Part shown: positions 24,669 through 38,618 of the stretch, piece after piece
Position numbering within the stretch: the stretch's first letter is position 1
Layout: each line of letters starts with the position of its first letter
NCBI GenBank assembly: GCA_964106915.2
Contig: OZ066914.1
Source: Podarcis gaigeae
Lineage: Eukaryota
Strand: one strand, 5' to 3'
DNA length: 64,000 nucleotides
The notes under the pieces: generated by a model
What the model saw: the letters and a program-made list of their open reading frames with translations, nothing else
What the model was told of the DNA's origin: nothing
Databases searched by the model: none
Program-made: the position numbers and the translations under genes

Positions 24669-26302
24669 CTCTAGCTCTTACACTTCTATGGTTTCCCCAG
24701 TTTAATATTCCACCATTAATCCTATACAATTTTCACAGAGTCCCATTGAACTCTTGATTTTTAGTTCTTTCACAATTTCTCTAATCTTTTACCCAGTTAA
24801 GCACTTTTCAGTCATTTTGTGTGTAGACTGAACACACACGGAGTGGGGACAAAACTGCATCACCAAGCGTTCCCCCCCAAAATGTGTGTACAGTTGACTC
24901 CCTTGAACAGTGTGGGCTGCAACATAGGTGTGCTTCAGTGGGAAATTCCTCAAATTAGGGGCCATCCAGAGTGACTTTTCAGCATATGCAAAGGAAAGGG
25001 AGGCACTGACTAAGTTAGCAGTCTTCTGCTGACCCTAGAACTAACCCCTTTCAATGTACTGTATCATTCATAGCTCATTTCAAATATTTTTAGATGGAAA
25101 ATTCACTAAAGAAAATTACTATTCTCCCCGTTCCACCAAACCAGGCAATGCAGAATTCTCCAATTAAGGTGACACTTAAATAATGGCTCTATGTGAATGC
25201 ATTTTTTTTAATGTAATGCATCCTTTTAATAAGCACAGTGTAATGAAACTGGCTGGCATAGGACCCAAAAATAGATACGCACTAACTGGAGCATATCCAA
25301 AAGCATATGAATTGCGCCATTCGATATATCAGAAAGTCAGAACGTAACAGTTATGTTTTCAAAAGGGCACCTTATTAAACAAAAACTCCCAGGAAAAATC
25401 ATTTCCCTCCATTTTTTTTATTGAAAGTTTAATCTTGCTAGATAAACAATCAGGTCTGGCTTTTCATAATCTAGACTTTTCATTATATCTCTCAATAACT
25501 CAATTCTCAAGAACTCAAGGAAGTAGCATCTTAAATGGCACAGCACAATTTATTTAGGGTTCTTTGTATGCTCAACCTTTTTCTTTCCTCTTTTTTTAAT
25601 ATAGTGGGCTATATTTTTTGCCAGAAATTATGGTACAGCAGTGATAGGGATGATCACATTGAAACTCATTAATATAACTTGTTTTCCTATTATTAGCACC
25701 ATCTGAGCCTGTTGAAAGTCTTAACCAGGGCTTTAATTTTTCCCAGGAGGGCTTTAAATTAATTAGAGGTTTACATGCTAACAAAGAATCTGATACATTC
25801 ATAAATCAATCTAACGCTGAAGGATTACGAAAAGGGAGGGGACCAATTCAACTGGGATCTCATATTCAGTTAACATGGTGTGTTTCTACAAAAGGGTGCA
25901 GGTGTGAATTAGATGGATACAGAGAAGAAGCCACGATAATCACTTTGTATCACTTAAACCCACAGTGGGGAACACAGCAAATAAGGGCTTCTGGCCCTCC
26001 CTTAGTGACATCTACGCCAACATGAAAGGGAATATCACACAACTGATTCCATTTTAACCTTCATAAATAAATAGCATGAATGCCATAATTTATGCTACAG
26101 GCCATGGGACAAAGAAAATGCAATAAGAGCTAATGTTGTTAGGAGGAGACATAGGATTTTGAAATATGCAAAGAATAGGAGTATGAGCCACAAATAGTAG
26201 ATGAAATAATACTGAAAATCTGACTTGTGCTAAAATATAAATCATTACAAACACATGTGACTTGGGACCTACTGGTGAAGGGCAGGTATTAATAATAACA
26301 AT

Positions 26303-26303
<1 letters not shown>

Positions 26304-26353
<50 letters not shown>
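26304..26353. repeat. (TAA)n microsatellite
   Basis: Seen directly. Confidence 0.95.
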
Positions 26354-26615
26354 GTGGCTGCTTATATTCTTCAGTTATATTAGGTATTTTGTTTCACTGA
26401 AGACACTATTGTTATTCTACCATAGGAAACAATGCGGTGACAAGTTATAGCACTAGCTGCAAAAGAAGCGATAATGTGCATGTAATTGTCTGCTGCATTG
26501 TGGCCACATGCAAATTTAAGGACATGTCCACAATGCAGCCATTCCCTCTTCCCAGAGATCCTGGGACACTGCATTTCTGTAAGTGATAGCGCTAAAGATT
26601 TCTCAGCATCTAACC

Positions 26616-26751
26616 CAGTGTTTTCCAAACTTGGATCTCCAGCTATTTTTGGACTACAACTCCCATCATGCCTAGCTAGCAAGACCAGTGGTCAGGGATA
26701 ATGGAAATTGTAGTCCAAAAGCAGCTGGAGACCGAAGTTTGGGAAACATTG
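26616..26751 (-). mobile_element. 136-bp palindromic hAT MITE inside an older hairpin element (~26540-26822)
   Basis: TIR CAGTGTTTTCCAAACTT/AAGTTTGGGAAACATTG; perfect 8-bp TSD ATCTAACC (26608-26615 and 26752-26759). Confidence 0.95.
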
Positions 26752-29700
26752 ATCTAACCCAACTATAACCCAACTACAATCCACAGAAGTCTGTGGGGGA
26801 AAGCCATGACAGTTAAAGGTAGTGCTGGTCCCTGCCCCAGCACAAGTTCTATAGCTAGTCCCAACCTGCAATGGCAGCAGTATTTGCAACCTCAAGATGC
26901 CAATCTTCGTCAAGATGCCCACTAGGCATGGCAAATTGAGAAGGACAACCTTCCAAACTCCACCTTTCGCCAACTTAACCTTTTTAACCAGAGTCTTGTT
27001 ATCTGTAGAAAATGACAATCATGTAAATGGATTTATTGGTGCTGACCTATAAGCAAGGGACCAATGCTTCAGATCACGGTGCCTGCTCATTGCTGCTTTT
27101 CATCCTCAGTAAGTTCAGACCTACCACTGAGCACCAGGAGCAGCAGGGTGCAGCTTCTCTTGCCTGAGGGCTAAGAGTCAACATCATCAGAGGGCCTAGC
27201 ACTGATATTTGCCACAGCCAGGCCACACAAGTGGTTAAACTGCGAAAGACGCTGGTCGCAATTAGCATCCTGCTGCTGCAGCTGCAGCTTCTGTTCAAGC
27301 AGTCACTACTAACACTCAGTTCAGCAGCCCAAGGCATGCTCCAGCCAATCCATGGTGTGATGAAACTCAGGAAACTGACAAATCCTTACAACAGCACCTG
27401 CCCAAACAGGTATTAGGGTGCAATGCCGAAGGTAAGTTCTTCCACATGCTGCACTTAAAAACCTTATGGCTTCAACCCATGCTGCACTAGATGAGAGTTG
27501 GGTGCTTTTTAGTGGTTTTCAGCTCTTTCTGTGTGTGGCAGGATTTACTCATGGCTTTTTTTTCCCTTTCTTGCGTTGCCTACTTGTGGCTGTTTTGGAT
27601 TTTAATGTTAGATTTTACTATATTTATTCCATTTTTATTTGCATACCAGCTAGAAAATTTGTGAAGTGACAATGTGTGTTTTCACACTGTGAAGTGAAGT
27701 ACTTTCTCTTCTGCCCACTTGGGAGTTCCTTGAAGAGAGTTTTGCATTTTAATAGTGGGGAAGGTAGCATTTGTGTACCCCTGGCATAAAGATGAATGAC
27801 ACCTCTGGCCAACCAACACTTGGAACCCCCATATCTAACCTTAGATTCTTATTGCTTAAGCGATTTTATTTATTCATTTAAACATATTTTTATTAAAGAT
27901 TTATTGGTTTACAAAAGTATGTGCAATGTCTTTTTCCCCCAAGTTACATATTTTGAGAAACTGTGTGTTAATAATTGCATTCAAAACCGAATTGACAAAT
28001 GAAGGGCAAACACAAGATAGTGAAGTGTGAAATACCAATAAATGAGAACTCAACTTCAACAAACATGCAATTAGTGTTTAGGATGGAACTTACAGATGCG
28101 AACGTGTGTGTGTGTGCTTCCAGATCACTGCAAGGAAAATAAGTCCCACTTCAAATATAATTTATTTTACAGTGAATCAGAAGTAGGTCGCTCATATTTC
28201 TGCAGTTTGCTTAAATGCAGTAATATATGAACTGGTGCTAGTGCCTGACCATCAAGTGTACTGCAGCTCCTGTAAAGGGAAAGGCAAAGTGTAGCAGGCA
28301 TGAAGAGCCTATCTCTTGAGAAGATCAGTAAGCAATAAAGTTGATGCTTTAACTGCAGTCAGGGACAGTCACCTCACCTGACCTACCACTGTAAAGAGGC
28401 TGCCTTCCTTGACCGTGGGCTGGCTGATCTCTGTAGTACTGCCTTTGTTAAGAGCTTGGATGGCCATCATAACTAGAGACTGCCAGTTCAAGACCTTGTG
28501 TTTGCATGTTATAATGCATGCTTGTATATGGGTATGAGAAATGACAGAGAGGGATGGAGCCTTTTGTTTTTAATCCTTGGGTTTCACTTAGCCAACACAG
28601 GAACATTATCTTCATCGGGGGGGGGGGGGAGAGAGACCAATACAACCAGGCTACATTCAGAAAGGTATTGTATAGAAAGAAAAAGTGCAAGAAGGCTCAC
28701 TAAAATTGTGGTCACAGTTATAAAACAAGCTACTGCCAAGTTCTAGCTTCACACTGTAACAGCAGGAAAATGATTTCCATGGAGTATGGAAAAGGTGAAT
28801 GGAAAGAAAGACTTAAGAATGAGCATGATCAATCTTTCACATGTTTCCATGGTTTTCTTTGTCCATTCTCCATAGCTAGCACTGGGTGATTAATTACTAA
28901 TGAAGTGTATGTGATTTCAATCTTAAAATTGCCTATTTATGCACCTAATGAGCATGATTTTTCATATGGTCATCAGCAGTCAAAGCAAGCCATTATGATG
29001 GCCGATAATGTTTTCCTGGGATTCTCTACTACTTCCTGCTATCAAAAGAAGTGATCTCTTTCTAAGCGGTGTTATGATTTCATCATCTGTAAAATCGTAC
29101 GTTTACATTTTGATTGTAATCACAGACAAAGCCAGTGTGTGTGAAGCCTGAATGGGAACAGGACAAATCTCAAATGCAAAGCCAAAACTTACCATTGTTC
29201 TGTCACTCTTACTTCGCGCAACTTCCTGCTGTAGACGAGCCACAGACAGCTTCTCCCTATGGAAAGAAGAAAAACATAAAAAGCAGCTCGTTTTTCACCA
29301 GCTGGGAAAATGTATCATTTGTATGTCACCATAGCATTCTTGCTCATCAATGCAGCAACCCCCCTTGGCAGAAACTGATTTATCTGCCTTATTTTATAAC
29401 ATATATTTTAAAGCACTTGTATGCTTTTGTTGTATTTCTTGACAGAGAAATTGATACATATAAGCACCAATTATTTCCCAAGGTGTGGGAACCCAAAAGT
29501 GGTTTGCGATCATAACTGTAAGTGAAAACTCCACTTTTGATATACAGTATTGTTTAATAAATGGTCTATGGCTCTGCATATGACTTTTATTCTACTCTGT
29601 GATAACATACTTACTTCCCTAACTTCTGCAACAAAAGTAAAGTAGACTTAAAAGCAAACTGAAAGGTGTTTTTAAAGACCAAAAACATGAACTTTTTCAA

Positions 29701-30125
29701 TACCAAAAATATGAATTTTAGAAGAAATGATAACCCATCTCTTTTAAAAAGAAACTCCATCTCTGTATCATTCATTTCAAAGCATCTTAAAAGAATAAAA
29801 CAGGATGCATGATTGGGGAGCAGCAGGAGTTGTACTGTTCCAATATATGGTCCTAAACCATGTACACAAGCCTGAAAATGCATAGAAATTGTACAGGTGG
29901 CCGAGTTAATGTGGGCCTGTCTTTCCATGTTCCCTCAGCCATCCCTATACCCATTTTTCATGTCCATAAAAGTTTGTACACGTAAGTCCATACAAAAAAC
30001 ATGGCAAATGACCACATGTAGGGATTGTACAATCAAGTGGATACATGTGGGACTAGCCACCATGCTCCTACCCCCTCCCTACATATGTTATTCCCTAACA
30101 GTCAGCTCCACAGAGGTTCAAGATT

Positions 30126-30471
30126 TGTTGTTGTTTAGTTGTTTAGTCATGTCCGACTCTTCGTGACCCCATGGACTAGAGCGCGCCAGGCACACCTGTC
30201 TTCCACTGCCTCCTGCAGTTTGGTCAAACTCATGCTGATAGCTTCAAGAACACTGTCCAACCATCTCGTCCTCTGTTGTCCCCTTCTCCTTGTGCCCTCA
30301 ATCTTTCCCAACATCAGGGTCTTTTCCAGCAAGTCTTCTCATGAGGTGGCCAAAGTATTGGAGCCTCAGCTTCACGATCTGTCCTTCCAGTGAGCACTCA
30401 GGGCTGATTTCCTTCAGAATGGATAGGTTTGATCTTCTTGCAGTCCATGGGACTGTCAAGAGTCTCCTCCA
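30126..30471 (-). mobile_element. BovB (RTE-clade LINE) 3' end, 5'-truncated
   Basis: Peptide LEKTLMLGKIEGTRRRGQQRTRWLDSV...WRALVHGVTKSRT is the BovB ORF C-terminus; (CAA)n tail. Confidence 0.95.
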
Positions 30472-31848
30472 CCTGCTAAACTCCCAAGACCATTCTCACT
30501 TTGCCCAGAGCACTCAAGAAGCTCTGAGAGAAGTATCACTTTGTTCAGCTTGCTTCTAGTCAACGGTACCTCTAAATGCATCTTGCCCAAATACCAACAT
30601 AAATTTTTGGAATCAACACTGCCAATAACAACCGCTATACTTAAAAAACACAGGATACAACTAATGCACACCATAATGACTTCCTTGACAGTTCTACAAG
30701 AAAGTTCTTTGAAAGTGTCAACAATGCTGACAGCAACTCCTTCCTAGACACAATCACTGGCAATGAACCCCACTGCGTAGGACTGGATAAAGTACGAGTG
30801 AGAAGACGGAGCCAGCAATGCTCTTTTGTGAACCAATCTGTTGGGAAGAGCTGTGGGTAAAAAAAAAAAAAGCCTGTAGTGAGGAATAAAAAAGCCTGCT
30901 CTATAGAGATTTATGAGGATCCACAGGATACATTGCAACTGATAGTCATTGTGTTTGAAAAGTTATGTCTTCAGACAGCAAACTAGTCTCCTTGTCTTCC
31001 CCATAATAGGCAGGAACCAAGTTAATAAATTAGCTTCTTACATATTTATTGCCCATTTTCTCTAAATCTGCAGAGCAATTGGAACCTCTATTTTTTAAAA
31101 AAGTAGTGCAAATTAAAAACTCTTCATTCTATTCTTTTCTGTGTCCTTAATATTTTATTTTGATTGATAATTTACCCACTCTTACGTGCTGCTTAATTCT
31201 TATATGCAGTTTTCCCTTCATTATCAAGCCATATTTTGTGTATCTCAACACTTCATAAAGAAACTTATACACATACCTAGGCTCTCAGATTGTATGAATA
31301 CCTTTTGTAATGTTGTTCTTGTTGTTACCAATTTGCTAAGGATCCATCTAAAATGCCCCCAAATTCTACAGAGTTTTTATGGAAAAGAAAAATTACAAGG
31401 CAAGTTAAAAGCATTTTTATTTTATTTTTGCTTTTCAAGGGTGGGGGAGTCAACAAAACATGGTTCTCCATTTCCATTTCCAGACTTTCATTATCTCAAA
31501 TTGTAGCTAGTATAAATACTGAATGTCACTTACAATAACCATTGTTTTGATTCTCAAGTTTTGAATAAAGCTTCTGTTCTTGCTATTAACCGAACAAGGT
31601 ACATGGTAAAAGAAACTTCTGTGGCTGTGGGGTTTTCATAAAGTAGATTTATAAATCATGCTCTAAACTTTTTTTTAAGACCTTGATGCTATTTCATTAA
31701 AAAGGGCAATCTATAAACTGCAAGTTCAGCACCTCACAGTATATTAGCAACCACCAGCTTCATTTACTGTTTGTTTTTTAATGATGCCCTGTATAAAATG
31801 CTAACCCAAGCAAATTACAAAGCAGTTGATCATGTTTCGGGGATTTAG

Positions 31849-31930
31849 CCTGCAATCCTATACACTCTTACCTGAAAGTATGTCCAGTTGAACTGGAGGG
31901 GGCTTACTTTTGAGCAGTCAGCTATAGACT
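31849..31930. repeat. Old ~80-bp hairpin MITE-like family copy
   Basis: tgcaatcctatacactcttacctgaaagtatgtccagttgaactggagggggcttacttttgag. Confidence 0.6.
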
Positions 31931-33140
31931 ATATGGCTAGTTCTAGCCAATGGTCAAATTGTGCTTCTGTACTGGTTTGCTGCTTTAGTCATTTTTAGGC
32001 TGTAGTGGAACAACTCTCACACATGTGAATAATCTTGGACTAAGAAACTAATGCCAAAGGAATTATTCTTTGAGCTCTTTATTCAGAAAAAAATATCTGG
32101 AGCAGGGAAGAGGACTGTGGAAGCAACATTAGATTATAGCTGGTAGAAACAATGCAGGCCACCACACAGTTCCTTTCCTTTTTCTCAGCTGTCTGTAAAT
32201 AAAAGCCTCAGCTTTATTCATTCCATGAGGAAAGTGAAAGCACTGATTGACTGCCCCTATTCAATTCTACATAGAGAAGGAAAGGCAGCTAAATGTCTCC
32301 AGAGTCTTTGAGAATCCCGAAACCTCATTTGAACTTCACTAATAACATTTCACTTTCTGACACAATGCTGTTGATTTTTTTAATCCTCAGTTTTATCCAG
32401 CACTCTCAAGTTGCATCAAAAGTTTGAATGTTAGACCACAAAAGCTAATTTTTTATTTTATTTTGAATAACACATGCAAACATTTAGTATAGAAACAAAA
32501 TCAAGCAGCACTCTTTAAACTGATTTTATAAACAAAATAAGTCAACTTAAGTCAACTGAGACTAAAAATGTTTCAGAGTACTACACTTATGATTCAATTT
32601 AACTGCTTCTGGGTCAACCAAATTCAGTCCAATATCCCCATGATGAAATACTGACCCCAGTATTTTGATTTGTCCCGTATGATATTATTGTCCATCATTC
32701 ATCCTAAAACAAACATTAAAGAAAAGTGAAAACTTAATGTAAAAGACAACCACACTGTTTTGTCAACTGTGATTCTGGATAATTCATTAGCTAAAGTTCT
32801 ATATCAAACTGTAAGGATCATGAGCAGAGTTTAAAGCGTCTATAGAAATCAACAGTGCTAGACTTGGGACTTCACAAATTATATAAAAACAAAATATTAT
32901 TTAAAATTTATTTGTGCCTCCTCCCTCACTATATATTTGCATGGGCAATAAAACACCCATGTATGCCTCTGTAGCACAAGGAAAACAGTAATAGAAGACA
33001 AAATAAGGCATGAAAGGCCAACAGACACGCACCCTTTTCTGAAGTGGACCATCATGCTATCTGAGACCACATCATGGTGAATAGGAAGAGGAACAAGGAA
33101 AAAACAGAACTGAATCATAAAGATCTTCTCCATGGATGCA

Positions 33141-33631
33141 TGTTACGAGCCCAGAGTCCAGCAGTGGTTACAACATGGAGTCAGAGGCTGCAGACTTTCT
33201 AGCTAAGGAGACAGATCAGATGCGTGGCTCTGAACCTGATGTTGAAGGATCAGGAAACAACTGAGTCCAAGGCTGAGGAATATGAGCCCCCAGAAGAACT
33301 TCCTGTATCAGTAGGGCAAGAATTTGGATCTTTATAGGTACCTTCACCTGAGGAACCAAATACCTCCCCCAGTACCTCTACAGTCCAGCAATGTAGGGAA
33401 TGCACCAGGCTAGGGAACAGAGTGCCCCTCTTCAGTTAGAGGAATGGGCTTTAACAACCTAGAGTTAGCGACAAGCGGGTGGAACCCAAGAGAGGTAGTC
33501 TAAGAGCAGGAGCTTAAAAAGGCTCAGTCTGCTCTCAACCTTTGCTGGAGCAAGTGGCTAACTTGGAACTATCCATGGTCCTGACCAACCCATGCTTCCT
33601 TCTATGTGTGATGTGGCATTGGATCAGAACA
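33141..33631 (+). mobile_element. Probable solo LTR (Gypsy/ERV-like), degenerate
   Basis: Purine/GC-richer block starting TGTTA and ending GAACA, with TATA-like cttaaaaagg near 33513. TSD is poor. Confidence 0.45.
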
Positions 33632-34336
33632 CTGCCATGCAAGTCTCATAATACCAGGCAGCAAATCACATTTTGCATACCCAGTGCAGCCATGCCAAGG
33701 CTCCACAGGGATCTCTCAGGTCAACTTATCCCTCTGCTGCTTGTTGTGCATGCTACAAAATCTCTTCTCCTTTGGGAAAGTGAGGAAATAGGAATGGGTA
33801 GGGTACAAGACCCATTTTGAGGAAGATACAGATTGAATGGAGCTGCACCTAACTCAAAATGGGACCAGTCAGTTTGAGTAGAGGGAACTGGTACTCAAAT
33901 CTTAACCTCTCTTTTATCAGTGTCAAGTCCAGGTTTTGCTGGACCTTTGAAACGACACACTCCACAAACACCAACTTAATCTACCTCCTCAATGCATTAA
34001 GTCTAGGGGTCTCTTGTCAGTGACCTCCCTGCTGGGGTGTATGGCCCCAGCAAATGGCAAATCCTTGGCACCAGTCCTGTTCCAGATATCATCTTAGCTC
34101 CAATATATACCAATAGCATACTTCGTGGAATTAGTAGCAATTCCTATCCTGTCTCCACACGTAAACACTAAAATTCTACTGCACTATTCCAACATATTCA
34201 TGATTTTTACACGAAATACAAAGTTTAACAGCTGTGCTTTGAAACAATCTTTGTAGAAGTGAAGAAATTAACATATAAGCAATTGTGGGTGCTAATAAAG
34301 AAAATACCTTTTGTGACACAGAGTGAATTTCCAGAT

Positions 34337-34340
<4 letters not shown>

Positions 34341-34377
<37 letters not shown>
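34341..34377. repeat. (GT)n microsatellite
   Basis: Seen directly. Confidence 0.95.
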
Positions 34378-34379
<2 letters not shown>

Positions 34380-35771
34380 ATCTCAGATGTTGTATTAAAA
34401 TGAATATACTACATGTAGCAAGTTCTATTCTCCTGCAAAATTAAAATGGGGTATTGGGGTAAGGATCCTGAAAGTAGATAATCTTTTCTGAGCAAAAATT
34501 CAAACTATAAAAGGGTCAGACCAGATACATGCACTCTTTTATGCAAGCATACAAATGTATAATAATAGTTCAGGCAAATTGTTCAAGGCTAAAAGAAAAA
34601 GGACTTCCATTTTTACCTGTCAAAACCAAGGTTCTGCTTCCGAGAATTGTCTTGCTTTTAGTCTATCTCCATTAGCACACTAATAAGCTCACATTAATAG
34701 ATTATGCCATTTGCAAAATCATGAACAGTTATACCTATTGGGCATCGTTCATCTCCATAATGCTGGCAGGTATGTTAAGGAACCCTAAAAGCAGGGCTGG
34801 TTTTTAATCCTGCCTTCTAATGACTCCTCTCATTATAAAAACTCAAGTCATCTAATTAAGAAACAAAACTTGTAAAGGCCAGTTAGCCACATGGTTCAGG
34901 AGCTGAGCATCAGATAAAAAGGTGTCATCTGCCAGTGCAAGGTTCTGCTCCAGAGTAAGTCCCTCAAAAATGACTGGACAAGACATAAGGGAATGCAAGG
35001 GGATAAATGGAACATAATAAGGCAAATATGTAAAATAAATCTGATGGAATTGACAGTAAGTTATTGACACTATGACCTACACATTCTAAAAATAGATTGC
35101 AGGGCTACCTTCAATAAGTCAATTGCACAGTAAAACTATGTCCTGTTCTGCAGGGCTTGATCCTTATAATCCATACCATTGCGTACAACAGGGACGTCAA
35201 ACATAATGTGTGGGGGATTTATCAGGTCTTCGCAATGAGGCCTACAGTTCTACTTTACATACAAAAAACCTTAAACCATATACCAAGCCAGTGACATTGG
35301 ATTCTCCCTCTCAACGTAATTTATCCCCAGTTAGTTGACTGCAGGAGTCAAGGAATGTGAGGCGCAAAGAAGAGTGAACTGAAGGGCAACAAGCTGTGAT
35401 TAACTATGACTTGTTGAAACAAGGCAACTTCAACCATGGGCTATTGAAGCAAATGAAATGAAATCTCCCAGCCTCTTCCTCACAGCCACAATGAAGGAAT
35501 GGGGATAGTTGAGAAGGATTTCAGAAGCTCACAGACTCCTTCCTAACAAAGTACCTTGGCTCATTGAGATGTCTAAATCAACTCAGTGTTAATAGTACTT
35601 GGAATGTATGTGTTGAAAAATAAAAATAAAGTCTTCAACAAAAGAAAAGTGTGTTAGCATCATTTAATAATTCAGGCTCCTGTGACATTATTAATATATA
35701 AATGTACTGTATAATAATGGGTACCTGGCTTTTCAGGGCATTTTACATAGCTCTGGGAAAGTATACCCCGT

Positions 35772-35914
35772 GAGCAGGATAGGTCAGTTGGCTAGAGTGT
35801 TGTGCTGACAAGAGCAACAGTTCAATCCCCGTAAGGGACAGCTGCATATTCCTGTGTGGCAGAGGGCTGGACTAGATGATCCTCAAGGTCCTTTCCAACT
35901 CTACAGTTCTATGA
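35772..35914 (+). mobile_element. SINE: tRNA-Ile-like head + CR1-type tail
   Basis: Head tcagttggctagagtgttgtgctgacaa...gttcaatccccgtaagggaca resembles tRNA-Ile; tail ggactagatgatcctcaaggtcctttccaactctacagttctatga. Confidence 0.75.
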
Positions 35915-36064
35915 AAAACCAATTGAGAAATCTCAGCGGCCGGTTCTTGCTTTTATTCAGATACATTAGACCAGGGGTGGGGAAACTTTTTGTCTCAGTG
36001 GGTCTGACAGGTTCTCCACCCATGCACTACTCAATAGTGCCTTAGGATGCAATCCTAACCCTCA

Positions 36065-36150
36065 TGCAATCCTAACCCCCCACAGACATGGGAGTAAGCC
36101 CCATTGAATTCAGCAGGAATCATGAGCAGTCATGATACAGTTTGCACTGT
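36065..36150. repeat. Old ~80-bp hairpin MITE-like family copy, left end duplicated
   Basis: gggagtaagccccattgaattcagcagg core; atgcaatcctaaccc occurs twice (36047-36080). Confidence 0.6.
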
Positions 36151-37278
36151 AAGTAACTTTGTTTCATGGTGCTAAGGAACATTGCACAATATTTTTATAC
36201 AATCAAAGCTGCATAATGCATTCATCTCTCAATGCATCCTCTCACTTAACATTTTGGGCTCTGTTACATCAGCTGTGAAGTCTTGCACGTTTAAATAGGA
36301 CGACAAAGAAGCAACAACTGAGAAAGTTTTGGCACCTCCTGGGCTAACAACAAATGAGGCCATGTACACAACTTGTCTAGCTACAAAACACCCATGTGCT
36401 ATGCCACTATTTTTAAAAGTTAGCTAAGGAAATGCCCTTCATTGACTGGGTAAGTGGTGTTTTGCAAAGTAAAATGTGGCCTAAATTAACGTAGGGAAGA
36501 CTAATGTGACACAATAATAAAATAAAATAAAATAAAATAATAAACAATGGCACTCTCTCTCTCTCTTTATTAATCCCCACTAATATGAAGCCCTCTTTAA
36601 CCACTGAAAGTATCCCCAACCTAGTTTTGTCCACATCATTTGAAAGGCAGCACATCCAAAACCAGGAAGTCAATGCTCTTGCATAGTGCTTATTCTAGCC
36701 TAAAACACTATATATTGCTGCAGCCTTCAATGCCATGCATGCCACCACAAGCAAATACTGACCATGATTGTTCTCATTAAGTTTATAAGAATCCAGCCCA
36801 AGGAGATGCGGCCACAATTAATTAATTTACAAGTTTAACTAGAACTGTGGTTAGCACACAATCACTACAGCTTTCTTCCTTCAACGATTAGCCATGATTT
36901 ATCACCTTCTAGAGGAGTCCTAACAGTCATTACTGGATTTTTAATCTCCAAAGTGGAATATAGCACTGGAAAAAGTCATTTGCGTGTCAATAACTGTTGC
37001 TATCCTACAATATTTAAAGCATGCCGAAGACTTGTGTATTTAGAAAAGAGGTGTCAGCTGGTAGCCTGTTGGCTAACTCCAGACAGTAGCCAAATGGCAT
37101 TTGGCCTAACGAAGGCTAGCCATACATCATAGTTATGCAAACCAAGTTGTGCATGGGGCTCTGTGCTGCTGCATGCAGTCTGAGCGAGCCCAGCCTTGTT
37201 CCTCATTTCCTGGAGTAGGAAAATGTAGCCTAAGCACTGGTTCGGATGCAACAGATTTGGCTACCAACACATTAACTA

Positions 37279-37520
37279 CAGTGGTACCTTGGGTTAAGTA
37301 CTTAATTCATTCCGGAGGTCTGTTCTTAACCTGGAACTGTTCTTAACCTGAAGCAACACTTTAGCTAATTGGGCCTCCTGCTGATACTGAGCCGCCGGAG
37401 CACAAATTCTGTTCTCATCCTGAAGCACAGTTCTTAACCTGAAGCACTATTTCTGGGTTAGCGGAGTCTGTAACCTGAAGCATATGTAACCTGAAGTGTA
37501 TGTAACCCGAGGTACCACTG
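37279..37520 (+). mobile_element. pogo/Tigger-like MITE, copy 2
   Basis: Same TIRs, TA flanks and internal sequence as 6324-6563. Confidence 0.9.
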
Positions 37521-37873
37521 TATATAAAAGATGAAGGCAACTTGGGGAAAACCTAGAAACAGACTATTTAGGGCAAATGATACCAGAAATACAGTTTCCT
37601 CCATTCTTTCCTCCCAGGAGAAAAATACAAGGCAAGGGTTAAGTTGCCCTTCTCACCTTGCTGGCCCTTCTACTGCAGATTGCAGTCTCCATTGCTGCAT
37701 TTTGGATAGTTTTTTTTGTTTTTTTAAAAAAGAAACAAGAACTACAGTGACGAGAGTCACACGCGGAGTAAACTCCAAGAGGGCCTTTTATCCTCTCCTA
37801 CACCAGTGGATCAGCTCTTACATAGGTGAGCCCTGGCACGGTGGAAATATACTGAGTCCTAGAACCATCTGTC

Positions 37874-38238
37874 GGGACGCAGGTGGCACTGTGGGTTAAA
37901 GCCTCAGCGCCTAGGACTTGCCGATCGAAAGGTCGGCGGTTCGAATCCCTGCGGCGGGGTGCGCTCCCGCTGCTCGGTCCCAGCGCCTGCCAACCTAGCA
38001 GTTCGAAAGCACCTCCGGGTGCAAGTAGATAAATAGGGACCGCTTACCAGCGGGAAGGTAAACGGCGTTTCCGTGTGCGGCTCTGGCTCGCCAGAGCAGC
38101 GATGTCACGCTGGCCACGTGACCCGGAAGTGTCTCCGGACAGCGCTGGCCCCTGGCCTCTTAAGTGAGATGGGCGCACAACCCCAGAGTCTGTCAAGACT
38201 GGCCCGTACGGGCAGGGGTACCTTTACCTTTACCTTTT
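37874..38238 (+). mobile_element. Full-length, young Sauria SINE
   Basis: GGGACGCAGGTGGCACTGTGG head, B box GGTTCGAATCC, (ACCTTT)n tail, perfect 14-bp TSD TAGAACCATCTGTC (37860-37873 and 38239-38252), CpG-rich. Confidence 0.97.
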
Positions 38239-38296
38239 TAGAACCATCTGTCAATGGTGACTGGACTAAGGAAGGGAGAAAATAAATGCTATAAAA

Positions 38297-38618
38297 CAGC
38301 CACGTCCAACAGATAGATCGTTATCCACCAGTAGATCACTGGACATATTTGGTAGATCACTGCCCCCACCCCCAAAGAAGCTCAACAACCATAGCTGTAA
38401 ACTTTCAGATTTGAAAATAAGGGATCAGCAGCCTCACCTGTCCCAGGGACAGTCTATGGGATATCTAACAATCCGGGATAGCAGCGGGAAATGGCGCTCA
38501 ACAACTTTTACTTGAACCCCAAAAAAATGGCCCCCGTCCTTCCTCAAAAAAAAGCTCAACAACTTTGAGGGGGTAGATCACTGCCAGATCGCAGTCTCTT
38601 GGGAGTTGGCCACCCCTG
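38297..38618. mobile_element. hAT MITE with repeated TAGATC subterminal motifs
   Basis: Ends CAGCCACGTCCAAC / GTTGGCCACCCCTG; 8-bp TSD ctataaaa/ctatagaa. Confidence 0.75.
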
